In this document: one piece after another, positions 51,473 to 64,000 of the stretch | How positions within the stretch are numbered: position 1 is the first letter of the stretch | How the letters are laid out: each line of letters opens with the position of its first letter | Source: Octopus sinensis | Taxonomy: Eukaryota | NCBI RefSeq assembly: GCF_006345805.1 | Contig: NC_043024.1 | Span: 2,666,001 to 2,730,000 of the forward strand | DNA length: 64,000 bases | Reading direction: 5' to 3' | Position numbers and translations under genes: made by a program | The notes under the pieces: generated by a model | What the model saw: the letters and a program-made list of their open reading frames with translations, nothing else | Told to the model about the DNA's origin: nothing | Database searches by the model: none

Positions 51473-52339
51473 ACTGGTCACAGAATAAGACTGGTCACAG
51501 AATAAGACTGGTCACAGAATAAGACTGGTCATAGAATAAGACTGGTCACAGAAAAAGACTGGTCACAGAATAAGACTGGTCACAGAATCAGACTGGTCAC
51601 AGAATCAGACTGGTCACAGAATCAGACTGGTCACAGAATAAGACTGGTCATAGAATAAGACTGGTCACAGAAAAAGACTGGTCACAGAATAAGACTGGTC
51701 ACAGAATCAGACTGGTCACAGAATAAGACTGGTCACAGAATAAGACTGGTCACAGAATAAGACTGGTCACAGAATAAGACTGGTCACAGAATAAGACTGG
51801 TCACAGAATAAGACTGGTCACAGAAAAAGACTGGTCACAGAATAAGACTGGTCACAGAATCAGACTGGTCACAGAATCAGACTGGTCACAGAATCAGACT
51901 GGTCACAGAATAAGACTGGTCACAGAATAAGACAGGTCACAGAATCAGACTGGTCACAGAATAAAACTGGTCACAGAATAAGACTGGTCACAGAATCAGA
52001 CTGGTCACAGAATAAGACTGGTCACAGAATCAGACTGGTCACAGAATCAGACTGGTCACAGAATCAGACTGGTCACAGAATAAGACTGGTCACAGAATAA
52101 GACTGGTCACAGAATAAGACTGGTCACAGAATCAGACTGGTCACAGAATAAAACTGGTCACAAAATAAAACTGGTCACAGAATAAGACTGGTCACAAAAT
52201 CAGACTGGTCACAAAATAAGACTGGTCACAGAAAAAGACTGGTCACAGAATAAGACTGGTCACAGAATCAGACTGGTCACAGAATCAGACTGGTCACAGA
52301 ATAAGACTGGTCACAGAATAAGACCGGTCACAGAATAAA
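51473..52339. repeat. 17-bp minisatellite (ACTGGTCACAGAATAAG), about 51 copies
   Basis: Head-to-tail units with AATAAG/AATCAG/AAAAAG variants, no spacers. Confidence 0.96.
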
Positions 52340-54292
52340 GCATTGGGTTATGTCCCTTCAATTGCATAAATTATTTTTGTTGAGTATTTCACGTTGGCTG
52401 AAACAAGGTTAAAATAAAAGTCACTTGCTCAAGGTACAGCACAGGAAGATATCGATCCAGGGACCACTAGGTAGTGACATGATCTTCTCGGCCACACAGC
52501 AAGACCCGCTCGACTTCGTGTTCCCAATGGCATGTTTATAAAGTTACGAAATCATAAAAGAAGAGGTTATATTGAAAATCCAGTTTTAATCTTCTCTTAA
52601 TTCTGCCAAAGAAACCAGTAAATATTTACAGCTTACTTTTTGAACTGCTTTAGTAAATAAAAGATATTACAACCTGATCGATATGTTTGTATAAATGTGA
52701 CGGTTAAGAAAATAGGGGTTCCAGTTCATAGGATCAACAGAACAGCCTGCTTTTCTCTTTACTCTTTTACTTTTTTTCAGTCATTTGACTGCGGCCATGC
52801 TGGAGCACCGCTTTTAGTCGAGCAAATCGACCCCAGGACTTATTCTTTGTAAGCCTAGTACTTATTCTAACAGTCCCTTTTTGCCGAACTACTAAGTTAC
52901 GGGGATGCAAACACACTAGCATCGGTTGTCAAGCGATTTTGAGGGGACAAACACAGACACACAAACACACACATATATAAACATATATATACGACGGGCT
53001 TCTTTCAGTTTCCGTCCACCAAATCTACTCACAAGGCTTTGGTTGACCCGAGGCTATAGTAGAAGACACTTGCCCAAGGTGCCACGCAGTGGGACTGAAC
53101 CCGGAACCATGTGGTTGGTAAGCAAGCTACTTACCACAAAGCCACTCCTGCAACTAAATATATATATACGACAGGCTTCTTTCAGTTTCCGTCCACCAAA
53201 TCCACTCACAAGGCTTTGGTTGACCCGAGGCTATAGTAGAAGACACTTGCCCAAGGTGCCACGCAGTGGGACTGAACCCGGAACCATGTGGTTGGTAAGC
53301 AACTATTTACCACAAAGCCACTCCTGCATTTATATATATATATATATGACGGGCTTCTTTCAGTTTCCGTCTACCAAATCCACTCACAAGGCTTTGGTCG
53401 GCCCGAGGCTATAGCAGAAGACACTTGCCCAAGATGCCACACAGTGGGACTGAACCCGGAACCATGTGGTTGGTAAGCAAGCTACTTACCACACAGCCAC
53501 TCCTGCAACTATGAAATTTATGCTTGTGAAATTTATGTGCAAGTGGCTGAGCACTTCACAGACACGTGTACCCTTAGCATAGTTCCCAGAGAGATTCAGC
53601 GTGACACAGAATGTGATAAGGTTGGCCCCCTTTGAATTACCAGTACAACTCATTTTTGCCAAACGAGAGGCCTGGGGCAACATGAAATAACATGTCTTAA
53701 TTAAGGACACAACACACTGCTGGGAATTGAACTCACAGCCCTACAACTGACAGTTGATCACCCTCACCACTGAGCCATGCACCTTCATATGGTTGTATGA
53801 AACAAGACCCAAAATATAAATTAATCTTGACTTATTTTTAATGGCAAATATTAGAATCTGTAATAACTATTAAGAAAGGTCTGACAGCAACGATGAAGAG
53901 CAATGAAAATATTATTTTCTACTCTAGGCACAAGGCCCGAAATTTGGGGATAGGGGGTGGTCGCTCGAAAATCAATCCCAGTACACACTGGTACTTAATT
54001 TATCGACCCTGAATGGATGAAGGGCAAAGTCGACCTCGGCGGATTTGAAACTCAGAACATAAAGAAGACAAAATACCGGTTTCTTTATTACCCACAAGGG
54101 GCTAAACACAGAGGGGACAAACAAGGACAGCAAAAATGGATTAAGTCGATTATATCGCGACCCCAGCGTATAACTGGGTACTTATTTAATCGACCCTGAA
54201 TGGTGAAAGGCAAAGTCGACCTCGGCGAATTTGAACTCAGAACGTAAACGGCAGACAAAATACCTATTCTTTACTACCCCACAAGGAGGCTA

Positions 54293-54392
54293 NNNNNNNN
54301 NNNNNNNNNNNNNNNNNNNNNNNNNNNNNNNNNNNNNNNNNNNNNNNNNNNNNNNNNNNNNNNNNNNNNNNNNNNNNNNNNNNNNNNNNNNN
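54293..54392. other. Assembly gap (100 N)
   Basis: Run of N; flanking SINE copies carry many 1-nt indels. Confidence 0.99.
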
Positions 54393-54508
54393 CTACTTAC
54401 CACACAGCCACTCCTGCGCCTATATATATTTTTGCTTATTCTATTTTTTGCTTTTATTTTATTCTGTTTTGCTCTTTCTGTATATTTCTCCATGTTGTTT
54501 GGTTACAG

Positions 54509-57500
54509 AGTGTTACCATGAAGGTAGAGCTTACCATGTAGGAGAAACCTTTCCTTCCTACATGGGAGAGTGCATGTGCACTTGGTATAATGGGATTGAA
54601 TGCAAGAGTAAGTTAATTAATTAATCTTTCTTAATTAATCTTCATTAAATAGCTGTCATGAGTTCACATTTTAGCTTGGGTATAACATCATCATCATCAT
54701 CATCATCATCATTGTTTAACGTCCGTTTTCCATGTTGGCATGGGTTAGACGATCTTGACTGAGGCCTGGCGAACCAGATGGCTGCACCAGGCTCCAATCT
54801 TGATCTGGCAGAGTTTCTACAGCTGGATGCCCTTCCTAATGCCAACCACTCCGAGAGTACAGTGGGTACTTTTTACGTGCTACTGGCACGGGGGCCAGTC
54901 AGGCGGTACTGGCAATGACCTCGCTCGAATGTTTTTATGCATGCCACCGGCACAAGTGCCAGTAAGGCGATGTTGGTAACGATCACGCTTGAATGGTGCC
55001 TTTTATGTGCCACTGGCATGGAAGCCAATGAAATCAATACTTTTAATTAAGCTATTGATGAGTATTGATTTGTTAAGGAGACAAATATTTAATTGATTTA
55101 TCAATGCTTTCTGTTCATAAAATTATATATTCATTTGATAATTACGATTAATTTTAATTTTATTAAATCCAAATTGTGGTGGCACGTGGCTTAGTGGTTA
55201 GGGTGTCAGTACCATGATCGTAAGATTGTGGTTTCGATTCCTGGACCGGGTGACGTGTTGTGTTCTTGAGCAAAACACTTCATTTCACATTGATCCAAGT
55301 GGAGGGCGCAATGGCCCAGGTGGTTAGGGCAGCGGACTCGCGGTCGTAGGATTGCGGTTTCGATTCCCAGACCGGGCGTTGTGAGTGTTTATTGAGCGAA
55401 AACACCTAAAACCTCCACGAGGCTCTGGCAGGGGGTGGTGATCCCTGCTGTACTCTTTCACCACAACTTTCTCTCACTCTTTCTTCTGTTGGCCTGCTCG
55501 CTTAGCCAGCGGGGTGGCGTCATTCGAAGGCTAAAACAATACGAACGCATTGTGACCAGCGATGTGTAACTACATCTGGTGGACTGGTCGTTCACGTGAT
55601 TCATGTGACATTGATCCAACCCACTCAGCTGGCAAAAAAGAGTAACACTGCAATGGACTGGCGTCCCGTCCAGCTGGGGAACACATACGCCACTGAAGCC
55701 CGGGAAACTGGGCCCATGAGCCTGGCTAGGCTTTAAAAGGGCACATTTATTATTTTTAATCCAAAAATTACTTAATTTTTCCTTCTCCTACATCATCAGA
55801 TCAAAGAATGTCACACACATACACCCTGGTGATTTATAGGTCAAACATTGAACTTATGATTTACATGAGATCTGTGTGCTTTGTGCTAATGACTCTTGTG
55901 ATGACTTAATTATAATTTACCTCAGATTAATTAGAGCAGATAATACTTAACCATTTTACAGTGTCTAATTTTAATTCGAATTAACTGGAGTAAATAATCA
56001 ATTCTTAATCATTTTATACGTTGATGGTTTTATAATGTCTAGTTTTAATTTATTTGGTAATTAATTCTTAATTATTATGCAAGTATAAATTAACATTTTT
56101 GTCACATTTTTTAACGTGGAGGTTGCGAACACAAAGGAGTATCTTACAGAGTTGGGCAAACCTTCATGGACGACTGCAATGAATGTTCCTGCGAAGGTAA
56201 TAATGTAGTTAGATGCACAAAAGAAGATATGTCTTACCACAGATACAGGTATTCTTGCCTCTTATTCAACCCTTTTATACCATACCTGCTGACCACGTAC
56301 TATCAATAATGACCGCTAATTGTAGTATTTTATATATAAAAAAAGGTACAAAATAAGGTACATAATAATAATAATATAATAATATATAATAATAAAGAAA
56401 TTATTGTATACAGTGCTCAGGTGCACCACAGCTTGTCCAAAGTGCATATAAAGCATATGCAGTAATGTACAAATGTCTGGGAAGTGAACAGTGTATGAGT
56501 CAGATACATGCTTGTGTGTGTATGGAGGGGAGAAAAAGAAATCAGGTGTGTAGTTGGCGAATCTCAGAAAGCATGGAGAGTTTTGAACAAACATTCACAT
56601 ACTTTCCTTCTACACACACCACACATACACACATACTCACACTGAGTTGAAATGCTGATTTTTTTTGTATGACATAAAAAGATACCTTAATGAATTCTTT
56701 GCCATGAAACCGCCTTCAATTTTGGGAGAGGGATTTTCAAGTTAAGAGAAGATGGAGATGCATTGTGCAACAAAATGGTTCAATTTGGTTGATTAAAAAT
56801 GTAATGGCAAGTATTTATTGACCTTTTTCTTTCTTTAAAAATCGGAGGAACTTTCTGGACAACCCAATACTTTGTAGCATTATTACGGTGCATAACAAAA
56901 TATGGTACCCTACAAGAAATTTGTAACATAGACCAGGGACAGCCTTGGGGTGTTGGTATCATACTGAGAGAGCTGGCAGAAATGTTAGCGCGCCGGGCGA
57001 AATGTTTAGCGGTATTTCGTCTGCAGCCACGTTCTGAGTTCAAATTCCGCTGAGGTCGACTTTGCCTTTCATCCTTTCGGGGTCGATTAAGTAAGTACCA
57101 GTTATGCACTGGGGTCGATGTAATCGACTTATAATCCATTTGTCTGTCCTTGTTTGTCGCCTCTGTGTTCAGCCCCTTGTGGGTAGTAAAGAAATAGGTA
57201 TTTCGTCTGCTGTTATGTTCTGAGTTCAAATTCCACTGAGGGTCGACTTTGCCTTTCACCTTTCGGGGGTATTAAATAAGTGTCAGTTGCACACCGGGGG
57301 TCAATGTAATCGACTTAATCCATTTGGTCTGTCCTTGTTTGTCGCCTTTGTTTTAGCCCCTTGTGGGTAGTAAAGGAAAGGTATCATACTGAGAGGTCAG
57401 GATTTGAACTGTCAACTCACAGACCTAAATCCGTTGCTGGTAAGGTTGGGGGGGAACCATACCATTTATTTACATCAATGTCTTTTATTATTGTCTCATA

Positions 57501-57648
57501 AGCTTTCTCTGCCCACTCTTTTAGGCTGTGCTTACAACAACAAGATTTATAAGATTGGAGAAAGCTACAAGAAAGATTGTAACACATGTATATGCGAAGC
57601 TACAAACGCAGCAGTTTTTGTACCGGAATATTCTGCATTTTTGATTAA
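54509..57648 (+). CDS. Second pacifastin-like paralog, partial; two homopolymer frameshifts (sequence error or pseudogene)
   Basis: Exons 54509-54607 (CYHEGRAYHVGETFPSYMGECMCTWYNGIECK), 56122-56248 (CEHKGVSYRVGQTFMDDCNECSCEGNNVVRCT, then KKIC if one A is removed at 56219-56222), 57525-57656 (CAYNNKIYKIGESYKKDCNTCICEATNAAV, then CTGIFCIFD* after correcting the T-run 57615-57619). No signal exon seen; it may be in the gap. Confidence 0.75.
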
Positions 57649-57922
57649 AACTTTTGGTAAGTCTTCAGCAAGATTGAGTATTCAGCAGTTAAGCAGTGAC
57701 TTGATTGTTAAAGCTAGCAGTTTAATTATGATTTAGTGAATATCGTAATTTTTCAGATTATAAAACTTCATATTTAATGATCAATATTTTAATATTTTAA
57801 AAAATATTTATATTTACATTTCATCCGAATACAAAAAACATAGGCATGTACATACGTATATACATACATACATAATAAATAATGAATAATATATATTAAT
57901 AATAATATACATAACATGTGTG

Positions 57923-57959
<37 letters not shown>

Positions 57960-57974
57960 GTAATATATATATAT

Positions 57975-58009
<35 letters not shown>

Positions 58010-58026
58010 TTTTATTATATATAAGG

Positions 58027-58077
58027 AGCTTCTACAGGACTAGAACTGTTTCATTCAAGAGAAATCTTCAGGAAGCT
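58027..58077 (-). ncRNA. Type I hammerhead ribozyme motif (Penelope-like terminal repeat)
   Basis: agcttc CTGAAGA tttc-tctt-gaat GAAA cag-ttctagtc-ctg TA gaagct; 6-bp stem I, GUA site. Confidence 0.78.
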
Positions 58078-58765
58078 AGTTAACAAGAATTGTATTGGCA
58101 TTTTATACATTAGGCAGGTTTTAAAGGGGTGTGTTGGTGGGGGACATTTTGGGGGTGGTAGGCATAGCGCAAATCATACATACTTGGGGGAGTGGTCAAG
58201 GAGTCATGTTAAATTAGATAGAAGAATAAATAAAAAATAAAAAATAAAAATATATATAAAAAAAAATATATAAAAAATATATATAAGGGTGACCCAGCAT
58301 GGCCTCAGCCGGATGGCTGAAACAAGTAAAAGAGTAAAAGAGTATAAAAAAAGGGAATAGAGTTTTAGGTAAATAAGGAGATTCTCACTTATACCTATGC
58401 ACATATGTATACATATATACACACATGTACAAACATATATACATATACATACACACATACGTATACACACACATATATACATATATATACACTTACACAT
58501 ACATATACATATCTACACATACACATTATGTATACATACACACACTCACATACATACACATATACACACATGTAATATACACACACGACAACATACATAT
58601 ACACACAGAAAAAATATATATACACATACACACACATACTCACATACACGCCAACACACAAAATATCCAACACACACACCTGCCACAACACAGCACACTA
58701 GTCCCTATATACACATATATACACATACACACACATATAACACACATACATACACATACATATAT

Positions 58766-58814
<49 letters not shown>

Positions 58815-60357
58815 GTGTACCTATGCATACCTACACATACACACATATTTATACACATACAAATACAGACCCATTCCCTAATTTTAATTTTATTATCTTC
58901 ATTTATTACTTTTGTTATCTTTGATCGCAGGGTCACAAACATCTTGGCTATGACAGCCAGTCTATTTATCTGTCTACTGGAAAACGAGCACTCATTTACT
59001 CACGCACACTCTTTAGCACGTACACTCACTCATTCGTACACTCATACACATACACGCACGCACGCGTTATATTCATACATACATACATCTACATACATTC
59101 ACGTATATACACATACGTACGCGTACCTACAGATTCATGTCTACACTCTTAGAAGGCTAGTCTATACATATACACCAATAAATATAAATACACACACATA
59201 CATATACACCTACATACAAATACATACATGTATATATATATATATATATACATATTCACATATATATACATATACATATATATACATATATATATACATA
59301 TATATACATATATACACATATACATATACATATATATACATATACATATACACACATACACATAGATACATAAAATCCTACATCGGAATGACGTCAAACA
59401 GCTTTAAGACCCGTTGGTACGCACACAACACATCGTTCCGGCGACAGGATAAATCCAAAAACTACCCTCGCCGCCCACATCTGGTACCTTAAAAGGAACT
59501 CCATCCCCTTCAAGACCAAGTGGAAACTACTACAGAAGGCGCGCTCGTACACAGGAGGCCATACCTGCTGTGACCCTCTGCATATCGGAGAGCCTAGAGA
59601 TCTTGTTCGCCAAAGGCCCTCTCCTTAACAAAATCTCAGAACACTCCCCAAATTGCATGCATAAGAAGTATGCGAAACTACAACGAACTATAGACCTACC
59701 CGGCAACCAGATTGATGACACCCACCACAAAAACCCCCCCAATCCCACCGTTCCCCTAGCACCCCCGATTACCTTTTCTCCTAAGACCTTTCACATTATG
59801 TATGTGCACGCTTGTATAGTGTATCGTATATATGTATAGAAATGTATGGGTATAGTAGGAATATACGCAGGTATTATGTGTGTGTGTGTGTTGCATGTAT
59901 GTAAAAAAATATAGATATATGTATATGTATGTGCGTGGTTGTGTGTGTGTGTATATAGGTATATATGTACATATGTATATGTGTATATATGTGTGTATGC
60001 ATATGTATGTGTATATGTATGTGTGTATGTATGTGTATGTATGTATAAATATTATTATAATAGGGCTTAGTAAATTTAAATTACTTGCCACATACTGAAC
60101 TTTCTAGAAATAGCAGCCAAAAAAGTTTTTTAGCCTCTTCCACTACTTAGAGAATATTTCCTTCAGACATTATTTACTCAAAAAAATAATGGTCCTTTTA
60201 CATACTGAATACTTGGTGAAACTGATTATAACTAATTACTTTACCCTCAATTGTTGATATATGTATGTGTGTGTGTATAGTGTATGTATATATATATGTA
60301 CATGTATGTATGTGTGTATGTATGTATGTATATATATGTATATATATATATATATTA

Positions 60358-60396
<39 letters not shown>

Positions 60397-60965
60397 GTAT
60401 ATGTGTGTATATGTGTATTATGTATATATTTATAATATATATTATGTATATGTATATGTATGTGTGTGTGTATATGTATATATGTGTATATAGGAGTGTA
60501 CGCGAGTATGTCGATGTATATGTAGGTATTGTAGGTTATGTGTATGTGCATGTATGTGAGTGTAGATACAAATTGTAGATGTGTATATATATGTGTGTGT
60601 ATATATACATGTATATGGGTATATGTATGTGTGTGTTACATATATATATATATATTATATATATATATATATATGTATATGCGAGTAGGTATGTAGAGAT
60701 ATAAGTATGTGCATGTGTTTGTATAGATGTGGTATGTATATGTATAGGTATGTGTATGTGTGTGTATGTAATATTATGTATGTGTATGTATGCATATATG
60801 TATGTATGTATGTATATGTGTATGATAATATGTGTTGTAAGTGGTATATATGTATATGTAGTGTGTGTGCGTGTATGAGTATGTATGTATGTTTGCACAC
60901 ATGTATATGTGTGTGTATATGTATATATATATATATATAATATATATATATATATATAATGTATG

Positions 60966-61006
<41 letters not shown>

Positions 61007-61263
61007 GTGATGTATGTGTATGGATGTATGTATATATATGCCGTTGTATGTGTATGTGTATATGGTACATATACGTGTACGCTCGTGTGTTTATGGTATA
61101 TGTAGGTACGTAGAGTTATCTATGTGTGTTATGTATTTGTACATGTGTGGTAAGTATGTATATATATATATGTGGTGTGTATATATATGTGTATATGTAT
61201 GTGTAATATATATGTGTGTATATATGTATATTATATATATAATATATAATATATATATTATAT

Positions 61264-61310
<47 letters not shown>

Positions 61311-63024
61311 AAGTTTATATGTATGTATCCGTCTATAGAATAGGTAACTGCACGTACATATACTTAATATTTATTATTAATTTTTGAGTATGCATGATGA
61401 ATAACTGCGCGTATATATATTTTACTATTTACTTATTTTTTGAGTATGCATGTAAGTATGAATATAAGGAGGCACGTGTGTGTGTGTGTGTATGTGTAAG
61501 CATAGATATATGTATACTTTTACGCATGTGTGTACTTATGTGTATATATGGATGCGCGTGTGTGTGTGTGTGTATGGGTACGCATGCACATGTGTATGTG
61601 CGTGTAGTGTATATGAGTATGTATGTGTATGGTGGTGCGTATATTTGTATATGTATGTATGTATATGTATGTGTGTGTATGTATATATATATAATATATA
61701 TATAGATATATTATATGTTGTTGTGTTTGTATTTGTATGTATGTATTATGTATAGCGTATGTGTATGTATTTGTATGTGTATGCATGCGCGTATATATAT
61801 GTACGTATATGTATACGTGTGGGTGTGTATATGTGTATAAATGTATGTATATATGGATGTATGGATGTATGTATGTATGTATACGTATGTATGTGTATGT
61901 GTGTATATGTATGTATGTGTATGTGTGTATATGTATATGTATATATATGTATATGTATAGTGTATAATATATATATTGTATATATATATGTATATATATG
62001 TGTATGTATTATATGTGAATATGTATATATATATATATATATACATGTATGTATTTGTATGTAGGTGTTATGTATATGTATGTGTGTTTATATATTTATT
62101 GGTGTTGTGTATATGTATAGACTAGCCTTCTAAGAGTGTAGACATGAATCTGTAGGTACGCGTTACGTATGTGTATATACGTGAATGTATGTAGATGTAT
62201 GTATGTATGAATTAACGCGTGCGTGCGTGTATGTGTATGAGTGTACGATGAGTGAGTGTACGTGCTAAAGAGTGTGCGTGGAGTATAATGAGTGCTTGTT
62301 TTCCAGTGACAGATAAATGGACTGGCTGTCATAGCCAAGATGTTGTGACCTGCGATCGAAGATAACAAAAGTAATAATGAAGATAATAAAATTAAAATTA
62401 GGGAATGGGTCTGTATTTGTATGTGTATACATATGTGTGTATGTGTAGGTATGCATAGGTACACATATGTATATATTTAATATATATTACTATATGTATG
62501 TGTATGTATGTGTTGTGTATATGTGTGTGTATGTGATATTAGTGTATATAGGGACTAGTGTGTGCGTGTGTGCAGGTGTGTGTGTGGTGGATATGTGTGT
62601 GTTTGCGTGTATGTGAGTATGTGTGTGTATGTGTATATATATTTTTCTGTGTGTATATGTATGTGTAAGTGTATATATATGTATATATGTGTGTGTATAC
62701 GTATGTGTGTATGTATATGTATATATGTTTGTACGTGTGTGTATATATGTATACATATGTGCATAGGTATAAGTGAGAATCTCCTTATTTACCTAAAACT
62801 CTATTCCCTTTTTTTTATATATATTCTTTATATATTTTTTTTTTATATATTTTTTTTATTTTTTTATTTTTTTAATTTATTCTTCTATCTAATTTAACAC
62901 TGACTCCTTGACCACTCCCCCAAGTATGATATTTGCGCTATGCCTACCCCCAAAAAGTCCCCCACCAAACACACCCTTTTAAACCTGCCTAAATGTATAA
63001 ATGCCACTACAATTCTTGTTAACT

Positions 63025-63074
63025 AGCTTCCTGAAGATTTCTCTTGAATGAAACAGTTCTAGTCCTTAGAAGCT
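63025..63074 (+). ncRNA. Hammerhead motif, same family (1-nt deletion in stem III)
   Basis: Same as the 58027-58077 motif except cct-tag instead of cctgtag. Confidence 0.6.
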
Positions 63075-63257
63075 CCTTCTATATAATAATTAATTTTACT
63101 CTACTATGTATTGAGTACCTATTTACTGTGGTTAACCCCGAATCAACCCGGGACCTACATATATATATATATATATATAATATATACTATATATAATATC
63201 TATATATATTATATATTATATTATTATATATATTCTATGTATATATATAATATATAT

Positions 63258-63288
<31 letters not shown>

Positions 63289-63315
63289 TCATATTTATAT
63301 GCATATGCATATGGT

Positions 63316-63351
<36 letters not shown>

Positions 63352-63631
63352 TATATTATATATAGACACACAGCATATATGAATATAGGACATCACCAAT
63401 GGTGCAAATAACATGAAATACAACATAAACGAGAAAAATTACACACACACACATGCACGCACACACACACCACATGCATCCACACACGGTTAACATATAA
63501 GGCAGTGCTCCAGCATGGCCACAGTTCCAATATAAGAAAGTAATAAATAACAAAATCCAAGAACGTGGGGGCTGATATGAATAACTGCTGCTGTTTGCAT
63601 AATTAACTTTTCTCTTTTCTTTATATTCCAG

Positions 63632-63745
63632 AGAGATGGTCAATTCTGGAGAGACCTGGAAACTTCTAGAAGAAACCAAAGAGAAATATTGACATGATTT
63701 GAAAATGGATAATTCTGAGGAAATAAAATTTGAAAATATTAATTT
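63632..63745 (+). other. 3'UTR exon of pacifastin paralog 2
   Basis: Polypyrimidine + cag acceptor, alignable by eye to 50330-50450, AATAAA at 63722. Confidence 0.6.
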
Positions 63746-64000
63746 TTGTATTGATTTGGTTTCAATTTTTATTGAAATTATTAATTTATTGTGGTTTTAA
63801 ATGAAGCATTTTGCAATGGATTAGTTAAATAATAATAATAATAATAATAAGAGAATAATAATAATAAGAATAATAATAAATAATAATAATAATAATAACT
63901 CAGATACCAGGAAACCCCAGATGGCAGAATGGCAGAAATTCACAAGATACTGCCCATATCCTATGCAAAAATACTTTCTATGTAATTGTCAGGTTTAAAA

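Larger units (their letters stand above)
58020..63154 (+). mobile_element. 5'-truncated Penelope-like retroelement with inverted upstream terminal repeat
   Basis: Frameshifted GIY-YIG endonuclease C-terminus at 59373-~59700 (YIGMTSNSFKTRWYAH...LCISESLEIL...LLNKISEHSPNCMHKK); 58020-~59190 is the reverse complement of ~62090-63080; a hammerhead motif in each arm. Confidence 0.8.

Noticed and set aside
51473-52339. Regular short-repeat array resembling CRISPR
   Set aside because: 17-bp units are contiguous with no unique spacers; eukaryotic context, no cas genes
55300-55380. tRNA gene
   Set aside because: tRNA-like head continues into a SINE body found several times in the window

Overview
Eukaryotic, AT-rich, microsatellite- and SINE-dense DNA whose repeat landscape looks like an octopus (coleoid cephalopod) genome; this identification is inferred from the repeats only. 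Nearly all ORFs in the supplied track are microsatellite or SINE artefacts. The real genes are spliced and on the + strand: (1) the last intron and exon of an aldo-keto reductase (AKR) paralog (to 2563); (2) a complete 8-exon YajO/Tas-like AKR (8077-28043, 361 aa); (3) a secreted six-domain pacifastin-type protease inhibitor (35642-49396, 293 aa, one domain per phase-1 exon, with a recent ~1.7 kb exon duplication); (4) after a 100-N gap, part of a second pacifastin-like paralog with homopolymer frameshifts. The most notable hidden layer is more than 15 type-I hammerhead-ribozyme-like motifs from several unrelated Penelope-like repeat families, including U3-A8 covariant cores and recurrent U.U-closed stem II, one family being linked to a GIY-YIG endonuclease remnant. 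Also notable are a structured 139-nt element shared by both AKR last introns and a Tx1-like LINE repeatedly inserted in a (GATA)n array. All structures were read by eye; no folding or database search was run.
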